A stretch of DNA of 51,240 nt from Malacoraja senta (GCA_038087875.1 CM075996.1:10790001-10841240), one strand, 5' to 3'; positions 36,901 to 46,850 are shown, numbered from the stretch's first letter. Numbers and translations: made by a program. The notes: generated by a model not told the origin, from the letters alone.

Positions 36901-39210
36901 TTGCTAAACCAATCATGAAACCAGATTACAGATTGTAGAAACAAGAACCTGCAGATGTTGGTTTACCAAAGAAAGACGCAAAATGCTGGAGTAACTCAGC
37001 AGGTCAGGCAGGTCCAGGAATGCTGCCTGATCCACTGAGACTCCAGCATTTTATCTTTCCAGGATAGAAGTTTATTTTTCTTGGCCACTTTATTCACAAT
37101 TTGTCAGTTGCTGCAAAGCAAGCCTGTGCAAGTAAGCATGTTCTCTCCCCGTCCACGATGCTACATGGAGTAAAGCTGTTGCTCCCAGTATTTCATGCTG
37201 TAATTTGAGATCAGTGGTGGGCAAATTAATGGAAAGGATACTTAGAGATAATATATATAATCATCTGGATAAACAGGGTCTGATTTTGAACAGTCAACAT
37301 GGATTTGTGCCTGGAAGGTCATGTTTGACTAATCTTCTTGAATTTTTTGAAGAGGTTACTAGGGAAATTGATGAGGGTAAAGCGGTGGATGTTGTCTATA
37401 TGGACTTCAGTAAGGCCTTTGACAAGGTTCCACATGGAAGGTTGGTTAAGAAAGTTCAATTGTTGGGTATTAATAGTGGAGTAGCAAGATGGATTCAACA
37501 GTGGCTGAATGGGAGATACCAGAGAGTAATGGTGGATAACTGTTTGTCAGGTTGGAGGCCGGTGACGAGTGGGGTGCCTCAGGGATCTGTGTTGGGTCCA
37601 CTGTTGTTTGTCATATACATCAATGATCTGGATGATGGTGTGGTAAATTGGATTAGTAAGTATGCAGATGATACTAAGATAGGTGGTGTTGTGAATAATG
37701 AAGTAGATTTTCAAAGTCTACAGAGAGATTTAGGCCATTTGGAAGAGTGGGCTGAAAGATGTCAGATGGAGTTTAATGCTGATAAGTGTGAGGTGCTACA
37801 TCTTGGCAGGACAAATCAAAATAGGACGTACATGGTAAATGGTAGCGAATTGAGGAATGCAGTTGAACAGAGGGATCTAGGATCAGAGCATTGAGTATAG
37901 AAGTTGGGATGTAATGTTAAAACTGTACAAGGTATTGGTGAGGCCAATTCTAGAGTATGGTGTACAATTTTGGTCGCCAAATTATAGGAAAGATGTCAAC
38001 AAAATAGAGAGAGTACAGAGGAGATTTACTAGAATGTTGCCTGGGTTTCAGCACCTAAGTTACAGAGAAAGGTTGAACAAGTTAGGTCTTTATTCTTTGG
38101 AGCGCAGAAGGTTTAGGGGGGGACTTGATAGAGGTCTTTAAAATTATGAGAGGGATAGACAGAGTTGACGTGGATAAGCTTTTTCCATTGAGAGTAAGGA
38201 AGATTCAAACAAGAGATGATTTGAGAATTAAGGGACAAAAGTTTAGGAGTAACATGAGGGGGAACTTCTTTACTCAGAGAGTCGTAGCTGTGTGGAATGA
38301 GCTTCCAGTGGAAGTGGTGGAGGCAGGTCCGATTTTATCATTTAAAAATAAATTGGATAGGTATATGGACGGGAAAGGAATGGAGGGTTATGGTCTGAGT
38401 GCAGGTAGATGGGACTAGGTGAGAGTAAGTGTTCGGCACGGACTAGAAGGGCCGAGATGGCCTGTTTCCGTGCTGTAATTGTTATATGATTATATGGTTA
38501 CATAGATACATAGAAAATAGGTGCAGGAGTAGGCCATTCGGCCCTTCGAGCCTGCACCGCCATTCAATATGATCATGGCTGATCATCCAACTCAGTATCC
38601 CGTACTTGCCTTCTCTCCATACCCCCTGATCCCCTTAGCCACAAGGGCCACATCTAACTCCCTCTTAAATATAGCCAATGAACTGGCCTCAACTACCCTC
38701 TGTGGCAGAGAGTTCCAGAGATTCACCACTCTCTGTGTGAAAAAGTTTTTCCTCATCTCGGTCTTAAAGGATTTCCCCCTTATCCTTAAGCTGTGACCCC
38801 TTGTCCTGGACTTCCCCAACATCGGGAACAATCTTCCTGCATCTAGCCTGTCCAACCCCATAAGAATTTTGTACGTTATCCATGTTCTTCTCATACCTCT
38901 GTAAATCATCTACCTTTTCCATGATAAAATGCTTGTTATCAATGCTGTATGTAATTGAATAGAATGTCCTGAAATCCATGATCAGCAGGATGTTTCAAGT
39001 CTGCTTTGTAGCTAATCCATCTTCTCTCCTGCCTACAGTACTTTCATACTGAAGCACAGGTTCCCTGATCTGTCATTTTGTTTTTTTGCTTTGTAGAATA
39101 AAGATGCTCCCGCATACAAAGTCATCGAACTGCGGGTGCATAAGAACTGGGGCCATCCAGAATACACATGCCTCTACCGGTTCCATGTCCACGGAGATCC
39201 AGCGGCGTAA
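18746..39210 (+). CDS. SUN-domain inner nuclear membrane protein, SUN1/SUN2-like (spliced; ten 3' exons identified, 5' exons unresolved)
   Basis: Exons 18746-18964, 20594-20665, 21829-21872, 22831-22987, 25645-25857, 28691-28775, 31256-31371, 33426-33593, 34445-34537 and 39097-39210. All are AG/GT-flanked and phase-compatible; 1281 nt gives 426 aa plus stop. Coiled coil followed by DYALESAGGSV..TRCSET..PGNCWPF..TLEHIP..SAP.DF..NWGHPEYTCLYRF.VHG. Confidence 0.93.
19490..19890 (+). mobile_element. Rex1/Babar-type LINE 3' remnant
   Basis: TAQHITG..LPAIQDI..RCLRKAHNIIKDHSHP..LLSGR. Confidence 0.8.
19894..20314 (+). mobile_element. Short non-autonomous Helitron
   Basis: A|TCTATCTATCTATATATAAAAC start, subterminal hairpin CAGACCC-AAC-GGGTCTG, CTAG|T end, no TSD. 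Internal direct repeat GGGGTCTGAAGCACGTTC x2. Confidence 0.85.
20594..20665 (+). CDS. SUN-like gene exon
   Basis: TTCCAG acceptor, GTGGGT donor, 72 nt, PDIATIQQMHEELTEPALSADDCK. Confidence 0.72.
20728..21010 (-). mobile_element. CR1 3' fragment
   Basis: CR1 3' UTR and RVVNLWNS-type end on the minus strand. Confidence 0.75.
21070..21352 (-). mobile_element. tRNA-derived V-SINE
   Basis: Same consensus as the other SINE copies. Confidence 0.82.
21829..21872 (+). CDS. SUN-like gene exon (coiled coil)
   Basis: Long polypyrimidine tract plus CCCAG, MMLQKVKEMESAVE-R, and a phase-2 GTACAG donor that matches the next exon. Confidence 0.72.
21946..22176. mobile_element. PIF/Harbinger-type MITE
   Basis: TIRs AGGGCCTGTCC..TTGGCGATTTT..TCGGCGACTG and its reverse complement; TTA duplicated at 21943-21945 and 22177-22179. 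Confidence 0.88.
22831..22987 (+). CDS. SUN-like gene exon (coiled coil)
   Basis: TATAG acceptor, GTAAGT donor, LTDEQKQLLTALALLEEQLSQTRLELQ...ESRVKSMID with heptad pattern. Confidence 0.82.
25315..25445. repeat. Penelope-derived fold-back repeat
   Basis: AAGATAGACACAAAATGCTGGAGTAACTCAGC pairs with GCTGAGTAACTCCAGCATTTTGTGTCTATCTT. Similar units at ~24165-24325, ~24885-25070 and ~36975-37052. Confidence 0.8.
25645..25857 (+). CDS. SUN-like gene exon
   Basis: TTTAG acceptor, GTACAA donor, 213 nt, LLFGSSED..VHRKELEALLAGLEKKIL, resembling the SUN1/2 pre-SUN helices. Confidence 0.85.
26086..26715 (-). mobile_element. CR1 LINE (same family as 870-2655) with a large internal deletion
   Basis: Near-identical 3' end. 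After ACCCTGTAC it jumps to sequence matching ~2332-2365 of the first copy. Confidence 0.9.
26720..27310 (-). mobile_element. Degenerate Tx1/L1-type LINE 3' fragment
   Basis: Minus-strand TLPYYLSFTERFLKK..LQALWEKNSMDPIRWLPKQT and ELFTGTH..NCCWKII align by eye with the 45590-46593 copy. Confidence 0.78.
27485..28492. mobile_element. Complete 1008-bp non-autonomous TIR DNA transposon
   Basis: Ends TGGCAATGTTACAAAATTT and (reverse complement) TAGGTATGTTACAAAACTT; ATACTTG directly repeated at 27478-27484 and 28493-28499; no ORF. Confidence 0.88.
28691..28775 (+). CDS. SUN-like gene exon (helix 3 / start of SUN domain)
   Basis: EVKSIVEQALKLYSADRVGLVDYALESA-G; GGTAG acceptor, GTAAGT donor. Confidence 0.95.
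29368..29401 (+). ncRNA. Minimal hammerhead-ribozyme-like motif in a Penelope-derived repeat (probably degenerate)
   Basis: GGT-CTGATGA-AGGG-CCTCGA-CCC-GAAAC-ATC-ACC: CUGANGA and GAAA cores, stem II GGG/CCC, stem I GGT/ACC. Confidence 0.5.
30140..30585 (+). mobile_element. Old CR1-like 3' fragment
   Basis: Degenerate RMLPGL..LE.QRLR.DLIEVY.I and 3' tail. Confidence 0.7.
31256..31371 (+). CDS. SUN-like gene exon (KASH-lid region)
   Basis: GSVIHTRCSETLETKTALLSLFGFPLWYQSRSPRAVIQ; AG/GT flanks. Confidence 0.96.
31670..32180 (-). mobile_element. Old CR1 3' fragment
   Basis: Minus-strand LRKDIFAME..GLAYEE..YSLEF..ETYKI and CR1 3' UTR. Confidence 0.72.
33110..33383 (+). mobile_element. tRNA-derived V-SINE
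   Basis: Head with GGTTCGATCC B box and shared body. Confidence 0.82.
33426..33593 (+). CDS. SUN-like gene exon (SUN domain)
   Basis: PEVHPGNCWPFKGSQG..FTLEHIPKSIS..SAPQDFSVY; TGCAG acceptor, GTGAGT donor. Confidence 0.97.
34445..34537 (+). CDS. SUN-like gene exon (SUN domain)
   Basis: GLDDENQAEGVLLGQYTYNVEGDSIQTFEVQ; CACAG acceptor, GTATGG donor. Confidence 0.96.
34765..35225 (-). mobile_element. V-SINE with a nested CR1 3' fragment (~34843-35054)
   Basis: SINE tail and head flank a CR1 3' UTR with a CTATTGT-type tail. Confidence 0.75.
37211..38500 (+). mobile_element. CR1-clade LINE (family B), inverted relative to 16374-17615
   Basis: SVVGKLMERILRD through RT to GYGLSAGRWD; internal deletion after RDLG. 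Confidence 0.93.
38501..38878 (-). mobile_element. CR1 3' fragment, tail-to-tail with the preceding copy
   Basis: Near-identical to 26086-26465. Confidence 0.9.
39097..39210 (+). CDS. SUN-like gene terminal coding exon
   Basis: TGTAG acceptor; NKDAPAYKVIELRVHKNWGHPEYTCLYRFHVHGDPAA-TAA. Confidence 0.96.
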   Translation, partial: NKDAPAYKVIELRVHKNWGHPEYTCLYRFHVHGDPAA

Positions 39211-39487
39211 TTCTGGAAGTCGGCTGCCCCGTGCTCATCCTGGCGTTCAAACTATGATTCTGGATTTTTACTGTCTTCACTGTTTTGTCACTTTATTGCA
39301 CAATCCTCAACACTGCTAACAACAAAAGCCTACTCAACACTGCTAACCACTACAACCCGACCAACCTCTACCCCGTGCTCTACAACCCTACCCTACAAAT
39401 CTTGCCAATTTTTACTTTCTTTGCATCTGAAGCTTCACATCCAACCACATTTCAATATAGATCAATGTGGGCATTGTATCTGTCAGG

Positions 39488-39493
39488 AATAAA
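39488..39493 (+). promoter_or_regulatory. Candidate polyadenylation signal of the SUN-like gene
   Basis: First AATAAA seen after the stop codon, about 280 nt downstream. Confidence 0.5.
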
Positions 39494-39644
39494 CTGCTGT
39501 GCTGAACATGAATTGTCCCCACCTCAGATCTCCAGCAAGAATACCATGCAAGTTTGCCAGTACACCACACAAAGGCAGTATTTCATGTTTTGATTTAACA
39601 CCCATCACTTTGCTTTTATTCAAATTTATCACACTTATTTTCAA

Positions 39645-40805
39645 CTAGACCAGGTCGAACCCGTTGGGCCCATCCCCCAAAGCAATATTCCACCAATGAC
39701 CCATAGCCCCCAACTGCTCAGGTGCGGCTGAGGGATTCCTGTTGTGACACCAGAGATCTCCATTATGACGCGAGTTACGGCAACCCTCCCCATCCCTCTT
39801 CCTACCCCTATCCTCCTCCATTCCCCCTCATCCTCCAGCACTTCCCCCCCTCCACCCTCCCTCCTTTCCCCTCTCTACCTCCCTTCCCCAACTCTCTCCC
39901 TCACCTCTCCCTCCTTCTCCCTTCCCCTACACTCACTCAGTCCCTCACCTCCATAACTCCTCTCCCCTTCCTACCCTCTTCCTCTCCCTCTATCTCCCTG
40001 CTCCCCCACTCCTCACACCCCCCTATCCCACTCCCACTCTCCCTCACCTCCCCCAGTCCTCCTCTCCCTCTATTTCCCACTCCCTACCTCCCCCCTCCTC
40101 TCCCTCTACCCCCTCCCCCACTCTCCCTCCTCACCTCTCCCACTTTCCCTTCCCTCTTCCCCCTCATCTCCCTATCCCCCTGCTCCCCCACTCTTCACCT
40201 CCCCTATCCCATTCCCCCCATAATGAAAATCGCCCTTTAAAAAAAAAAGAAATTTCCCCCCCTAACCCAACCCCCACAATGGAAATCGCGATGTTTTTTG
40301 AAAATGAAACCTCCCCCCTATCCCACCTGCTCACAATGAAAAATTACGATTTTTCTTTAAAATAACTTAAACACAATGTCAGCTGTTAATGAAAACGGAA
40401 GATTTTGATTAAAACTGACTTTTTTGAAAACCGTGATTTTTTTTCATGTAAATTATATTTGGGATGCCATTGTGACGTAATTGTGAATGAAAATGGAATA
40501 ATTTGATTAAAATGGATTTTATTTTGAAAATCGCGATTTAAAAAATGTAAATAAGATTCAGGATCCCATTGTGACGTCATTGTAACATGGCTGATGGGCA
40601 GAGCAAGTGGAAAAGTGATTTTTATAAAGTTTAAAATGTCAATAACTTGTAAAATATACCAACAATCTGACCGAAACTTGGCTATTGCACACCCCAGGAC
40701 AATGGTAAGTGAGTCAAAAATTGTAGCGCTATCGTGTACCGTTTTGGTGGCGTTTCCAGGACTCACACGCAAACAAACAAGATGAGTTTTAGTGATATAG
40801 ATAGA
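39645..40805 (-). mobile_element. Non-autonomous Helitron (left member of inverted pair)
   Basis: Minus strand starts A|TCTATCTATATCACTAAAAC and ends GGGCCCAACGGGTTCGACCTGGTCTAG|T; purine-rich interior. Confidence 0.85.
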
Positions 40806-40832
40806 TGCTGCCATGCTTTCATCTTACAATCA

Positions 40833-42217
40833 TCTATATATATTTGTAAAACTTCCATCTTGTTTGTTTGAATATGTATGTGATCCCGAAACTACGCTAA
40901 AACGGTACACGATTGAGCTACATTTTTGGCCCACCTTACTCACCATTGTCCTGTGATGTGCTGTGGCAAGTTTTGTTCAGATTGATGGGATATTTTCATG
41001 TTATTCACATTTTAAACTTTACAAAAAGCATAAATCACTTCCACTGGCACTGGCCGTTGGCAGCGTATGATGTCACAATGGGATCCCGAATCTCATTTAC
41101 ATAAAAAATTGCTATTTAAAATAAATCCGCTTTTTCAAATTCTTCCATTTTCATTCACAATGACTTCATAATGGGATCCCGATACTCATTTACATAAAAA
41201 TCACAATTTTCATTGTGGGGGGTGGGATAGCGGGGAGGTGAGGAGTGGGGGGGAGCAGGGGGATAGAGGGAGAGGAGAGGGGTAGAGGAGTTATGGAGGG
41301 AGGGAGGCAGTGACTGACAGTAGGGGAATGGAGAGGTGGGGGAGGAGAGGAGAGGGTGAAGAGTAGGAGGGAGTGCTGGGGGATGAGGGGAATGGAAGAT
41401 AGGGGCAGGAAGAGGGAGGGTGGGAGCAGCGCCGACCCCTCCCCCCCACGTGGGGCTGATTGATAGGCTCCCACACCCCGCTCGAGGCCTGATTGGTCCT
41501 GGTCCCATGTGGGGGGAGCACTGACCCCCCCTCCCACACGTTTTTTTTTTTTTAATGCGATTTTCATTGTGGGGCTGGGATGTGGGGAGGTTTCATTTAA
41601 AAAAACTTGATTTTCATTGCGGGGAGTGGGATAGGGGGGAGATGAGGAGCGGGGGATAGAGGGAGAGGAGGGCGGTAGGGAGAGGAAAGTGGGAGAGGTA
41701 AGGAGGAAGAGTGGGGGTGGAGGGGGGTTGGAGAGGAGTCGGGGAGTGGGGAGTGGGGGATAGAGGTAGAGGGGGCAGTGGGGGAGGTGAGGGATATTGG
41801 GGGCATGGGATAGGGAGAGGTGAGGAGTGGGGAACCAGGGTGGTAGACGGAGTGGAGAGGGATACGGAGGGGACATGGGTTATGGAAGGAGGGAGTGACT
41901 GAGGGTAGGGGAAAGGAGAGGGAGGAAGAGGTGTGGGAGGGAGTGGGGGAGGGGAGGAGGAGAGAGGAAAGAAGAGGGAGGGTGAAGAGGAGGGAGATAT
42001 GGAGTGCTGGGGGATAAGGGGGAATGGACGAGGGTGGGGGTAGGAAGAGGGATGGCGAGACGCAGTTGGTGGAGGGTTGCCGTGACTCGCGTCACAACGG
42101 GGATCTTTGGCGTCACAACGGGAACCCCTCAGCCGCGCCTGCGCAGTTGGGGTCTATGGGTGTGTGGTGAAATATTCTATTGTGGGAATGGGGCACATCG
42201 GGTCCCACTTGGTCTAG
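40833..42217 (+). mobile_element. Non-autonomous Helitron (right member of inverted pair)
   Basis: Starts A|TCTATATATATTTGTAAAAC and ends GGGCACATCGGGTCCCACTTGGTCTAG|T; collinear with the left copy. Confidence 0.85.
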
Positions 42218-44084
42218 TCCAGGGGTTCCCAATCTTTTTCGTCCCGTTTACCCAGGGCAACTTTTCAAAAGTAAATTTGCCCCCACCCTCAAAGTTCACA
42301 TTTATTTGTCCCTATTTTGTTTGTGTTTGATACACGGTTTGATTCAGTAATTTGACCGTCTTAAATATAAAATCCAGTATCAGCTCGTGATTGGAATTTG
42401 TGGTTGGAAATTTAATTTTGTTCCCCTTCCCCATACTTTTTTTATTTCCTAAAACTATATTAGTGTTTGATTCCTGATGATGTGCAGAAGTACCAGTATT
42501 TGTTTATTCAGGAAAAAATGAGTTTGCCCCTTTACCATTGTTTACCATCAAAATTAAATATAGTTTGTATATATTTACATTATCAGTTCTTCAATGACTT
42601 AACTGCTTGATCAATGTTTTTTTTTCTATAACTTAAAAAAATTCTGGAATTTTTAATATTTTTATGCTTCTCTTTTAAATTACCAATGTTTTGTTTGCAC
42701 TGCCGAAAATTAAAGTTTCAATTTCATTGAAAAGGTCTGATGCATTTTTTAAATATTTAAGAATGAACAAAAATCAATAGCAGGATGTCAGTGTATCCAA
42801 ATAAGCTTGTCCAAGTTATTTTAAATATTTTGAAGGCTAAAAGTCAGTTTCAACACTTAGTTTTTCCAAAGGCTGACTACGTACATTGAGAGGTAGATTT
42901 CTGTGGGTGGTTGGGCAGACAACTGCCAGCGTGTGGCCTCTGCTATAAAATGGTGATCTTTCGTGACCCATGCCTCATTAGCATGAACTCAAACGCCCAG
43001 CACAACACCGGCTCACCATTGTAACAATCAGCCAGGCCGGATAATGTCAGATTAAACTGTACTTTATAAATTAAAGATTTTAATGTTTATCACACTTCTT
43101 ATTTCCCTCTTAGCAACCACATCATCATCTGTTGTAAAGGGTGTCATAAAATTAACCTTATCCATTTCCTCTTGCCTTCATACAACCTTTTAGGATCACA
43201 GTGGCACTCAGTTCTGAGATTCTCTTGCTCTGTATGTAAATAAAACATCTTTGAATTTTATTTGCCAAATATTTTCACATCCTCTTTTGGGTGCTGTAAT
43301 TTTCATTTTCATTTGACTCCTTGTCAGGAAACTGTTTTGCTTTAACCTGCTCTCTTCACCTCATCAGAGCTTGAACTTTGGCAATCCCACATATTTTATT
43401 TGAAGAAATATGATTATCCTGACCTTTTAATCTAATCCCTGGCAATAAAATATCCCTCCTCGACAAGCTCAATTGATTTGTTTCAATGAATGATGTCACC
43501 TCAATAGTTCAATAGTGCTTTATTTGTCACACATGCAACTGCACAGTGAAATTCTTTTTGCAGGCGTTGACATTATTCAAACTCTGATCGGCCCCGCTCG
43601 CTCGATGTACTGGAGCAGTTCCAGCGAACCAACGTCCCCTTCTCCTTGCCCAGCCATCTTTGTATTCCGGAGGCGCCTCCTGCACCCTATCTTGAAGGCC
43701 TTGTAGGCATTGCCCCGGTTCACCCTCCTTCTGGCCCACTCCTAGTGCCCGACATCTCCAGCTCCCTCATGGTTCCAACGCCTGCCAGGTCTTTGAGTGG
43801 GCTCATATGATCCTTATGGCTGGTTCCTGGTCCCGTCAAGCCTTCAGGTGAGGTCCCGCCAACCAATGAACCTTCTGGCGGGCACCACGACCTACCCCAA
43901 TAGCCTTGGTTGCACCTATGTCCACAGACATCATAGAAGGCGTCAGCTGGGCCTCCCTGAGTGTGAACCCACATAAAGTGATTGGCTGAGATAGAGTTCC
44001 TGGCCATGTCCTCGGAACCTATGTGGACCAGCAGGAGTATGCACGGACATTTGTGAACTCTATGCCAATGTGTGGTTCTCATCT

Positions 44085-45585
44085 GCTTTTAGAAAACCAC
44101 TAATATCCTGATGTCAAAGAGAAACCATGCATTCCTTAATGATTAATGGGTCTGACAAACACTATCATGAAGTGCTTTGATAGGTTGGTCATATCTTACG
44201 TTAACTACAGCCTGCCAAACAGCCTAGATCCATTGCAATTTGTCTACTGCTGCAACAGGTTCAAGGTAGACGCCATCATCTTGGCCCCACAGTCCCTGGA
44301 AAAACAGGGAGATGTATTGGCAGACTCATTTATTTACCTCTGACTCCCTCAGTGATTTAGACTACACTTCCTCCCACCCTGCCACTTGCAAAGGCACCAT
44401 CCCTTACTCTCAATTTCTCAGTTTCCACCACATTTGTTCCCAAGATGAGGCTTTCCATTCTCAGACATCTTTCTTTAGTAAACGTGGTTTCTCCGTTGCT
44501 GTCTTGGATGGCTACCTCAGCTGCATCTCATCTGTGTCCCGTAGTTCTGTTCTGGCTCCACCTCCCTCCAGACGGAACAAGAATAGTGTTCCCTTGGTCC
44601 TCGTCCTTCAACACATGGTTCTGACATTTCCGTAACTTCTAATGTGATCCCACCACCATTCACATCATCCCATCCTCGCTCCTTTCCGCAGAGACTGCAC
44701 TCTTTCATCCCTTCCCAAGCAAAACAGACCATCCTCAGGTAATTTCTCCAGCAACTGCAGGAGATGTAATAACTGTCCCTATTCCTCCTCCCACGCATCT
44801 GTCCAAGGACCCCAGCAGTCCTCCAGGTGAAACAGGTTCAAGTACACTTGTAACCTCATTTGCATTTGGTGTTCACAAAGTCGTCTCCTGTACATCGGCG
44901 AGATCAAGTGTAGACTAGGCAACCGTTTCACCGAACACTTGCATTCTGTCTACCAAGGCTGATTATTGGCCATTTTAACCCCACTTCTCATACTGACCAC
45001 CTGCCCTAGGCTACCTCCATTGCCAGGATGATGCCTCACACTAACTGGAGGAACAGTACCACTTATTCTGCGTAGGTAGCTTACAACCTAATTAACTAAA
45101 TTCTTCCTTCCCCTTCCGTGTGCCCCATTTATTTCCCCATTTATTGATTCAACACCATGATTTCAAGCAAAATCTTGGACGTAGGACTCAGCACGTTTGC
45201 AACTGGATCCTTGACTTCCTAATCCATAGACCACAGTCAGTAAGGAGCAAATCTTCCTCTGTGCAAATTCAGACCCTTAATTCAGTCCCCGTGCACTCAT
45301 GACTGTGGCTAAATTCGGCTCTAACTCTATTTCTAAGTTTACAGATGACACCACTACTCGATCTGAAATTATGAGGAGGCAGAGTTTAGTGGTGTGGTAG
45401 ACATCAACCACTCCCTCCACGTCAAGAAAACAAAAGAGTTGGTCATCAACTTCAGGAAGCCGTGTGGAGCACTGTATCAATTGTGCTGAAGTGGAGATGA
45501 TTGAGAGCTTCAAATCCCAGCATGTGAATATCATGAACAATTTGTACTCGTCTAACCACTGCTCTACTTCCTCAAAAAATGAAGG
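44085..45585 (+). mobile_element. Old Rex1/Babar LINE remnant interrupted by a Penelope element
   Basis: LTNTIMKCFDRLV..LPNSLDPLQF on the left; CNWILDFLIHRPQSVR and KFTDDT on the right. Confidence 0.78.
44340..45100 (+). mobile_element. Penelope-like element remnant (RT thumb plus GIY-YIG)
   Basis: LDYTSSHPATCKGTIPYSQFL..ICSQDEAFHS and LLYIGEIKCRLGNRFTEHLHSV. Confidence 0.88.
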
Positions 45586-45589
45586 AAAT

Positions 45590-46847
45590 GGTGTGAGGTG
45601 CTCTCGGGCTGCTGTACTTGGCGCAAGTGTGGCCTGTCCCTCCCTCCTACGCCACAGGGATCACCCGGGCCGTCGTCCAGTTCATCTGGGGGTCGAGGAT
45701 AGACCGGGTGCTACGGGCCACAATGCACAAGTCAGCAAACAACCGGGGTAAAAGCGTGCCCAACGTCGCCCTCGCCCTGATGGCTACCTTTGTGTGTGGC
45801 TGCATCAGGCGGAGTGTAGAGCCAAGGCACGTGGGCACCAAGTGTCACTATCTGCTGAGGTTCTATCTGTCCCCGGTGTTGCGAAGGATGGGCCTGGCGC
45901 AGATGCCACACAATGTGCCAGTCAGCTGGACATTGCCGCCCCATCTGTCGTTTGTGGAAAGGTGCTTCCGGACCAACACCTTTGACCACATGTCCATTGG
46001 GCAGTGGTCAGCACGGAATGTCCTGCAGGCACTGCAGGGAAAGGACTCGATGGATCCAGTGGCGTGGTTCCCAGAGCAGACTGCCCAGCTTGTCTGGCAA
46101 AATGCCTCATCGCCAGAACTCACCAACAAGCACCAAGTCCTGGCTTGGCTGGCGGTGAGGGGAGCCCTCCCAGTCAGATCCTTCCTGCACCGTCGGAACC
46201 TCACTACCAGCGCATGCTGCCCACGGCTGCTATGGAGAGGAGACGGTCGCCCACCTCTTCGCTGAGTGTGGATTTGCAAAAAGAGTCTGGAGAAGTATGC
46301 AAGGGTCCCTGGAACGCTTTATCCCGAACAGCTCCGTCACAGAGGACTATGTGATTTACGGACTGTTCCCAGGGACACATTCAGAGACTGACATCGAGTG
46401 CTGCTGGAAGGTCATCAACTGGGTGAAAGACGCTCTTTGGTCTGCCCGAGCATTGTTCACCCAGCAGAGCGAGATGTCCGTCAGGGAATGTTGCCGACTG
46501 GCCCGCTGCAGACTGCAGGAGTACGTGCTGAGGGACGCACTGAAGCTCGGTGCAGCCAACGCCAAGGCTCGGTGGGGGAGGACCACAGTCTAGGGTCCTC
46601 CCGGTGCTGGACATGGGGGGCACGGTATGGTGGAGACGTCCCTCAAAATAAGGGAAGGTATCCCACGCCAGGGGGGCCACATGAGTGGCAAGGGTGGGGG
46701 ACAGATTTGTGAAATTTGAGAAATGTATAGACTATTGAACTATTTGTATAGCCTCCGAAAATGTCGGATGAATTTTTCGCACGGTTCACGTATTGTATAT
46801 ATTTATTACTTGAATAAAGTCTATTTTGAAATAAAAAAATTTAAAAA
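45590..46847 (+). mobile_element. Tx1/L1-clade LINE, 5'-truncated (ORF2 C-terminus, zinc-binding domain, 3' UTR, A-rich tail)
   Basis: FIWGSRIDRV..GKSVPNVAL, LAWLAVRGALPVRSFL..C-C..ETVAHLFAECGFAKRVW (across a frameshift), stop at 46593, AATAAAGTCTATTTTGAAATAAAAAAA tail. Confidence 0.9.
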
Positions 46848-46850
46848 GAG

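Noticed and set aside
39722..42116. Proline-rich ORFs (172 aa, 228 aa and others)
   Set aside because: Translations of C-rich low-complexity Helitron interiors.
39644..42218. Single fold-back/long-TIR transposon
   Set aside because: No TSD, and each arm has its own TC start, hairpin and CTAG end at A|T sites; better explained as two Helitrons.
42220..42300. hAT-like terminus CAGGGGTTCCCAA next to the Helitron
   Set aside because: No matching opposite TIR or TSD was found, so the element's extent cannot be supported.
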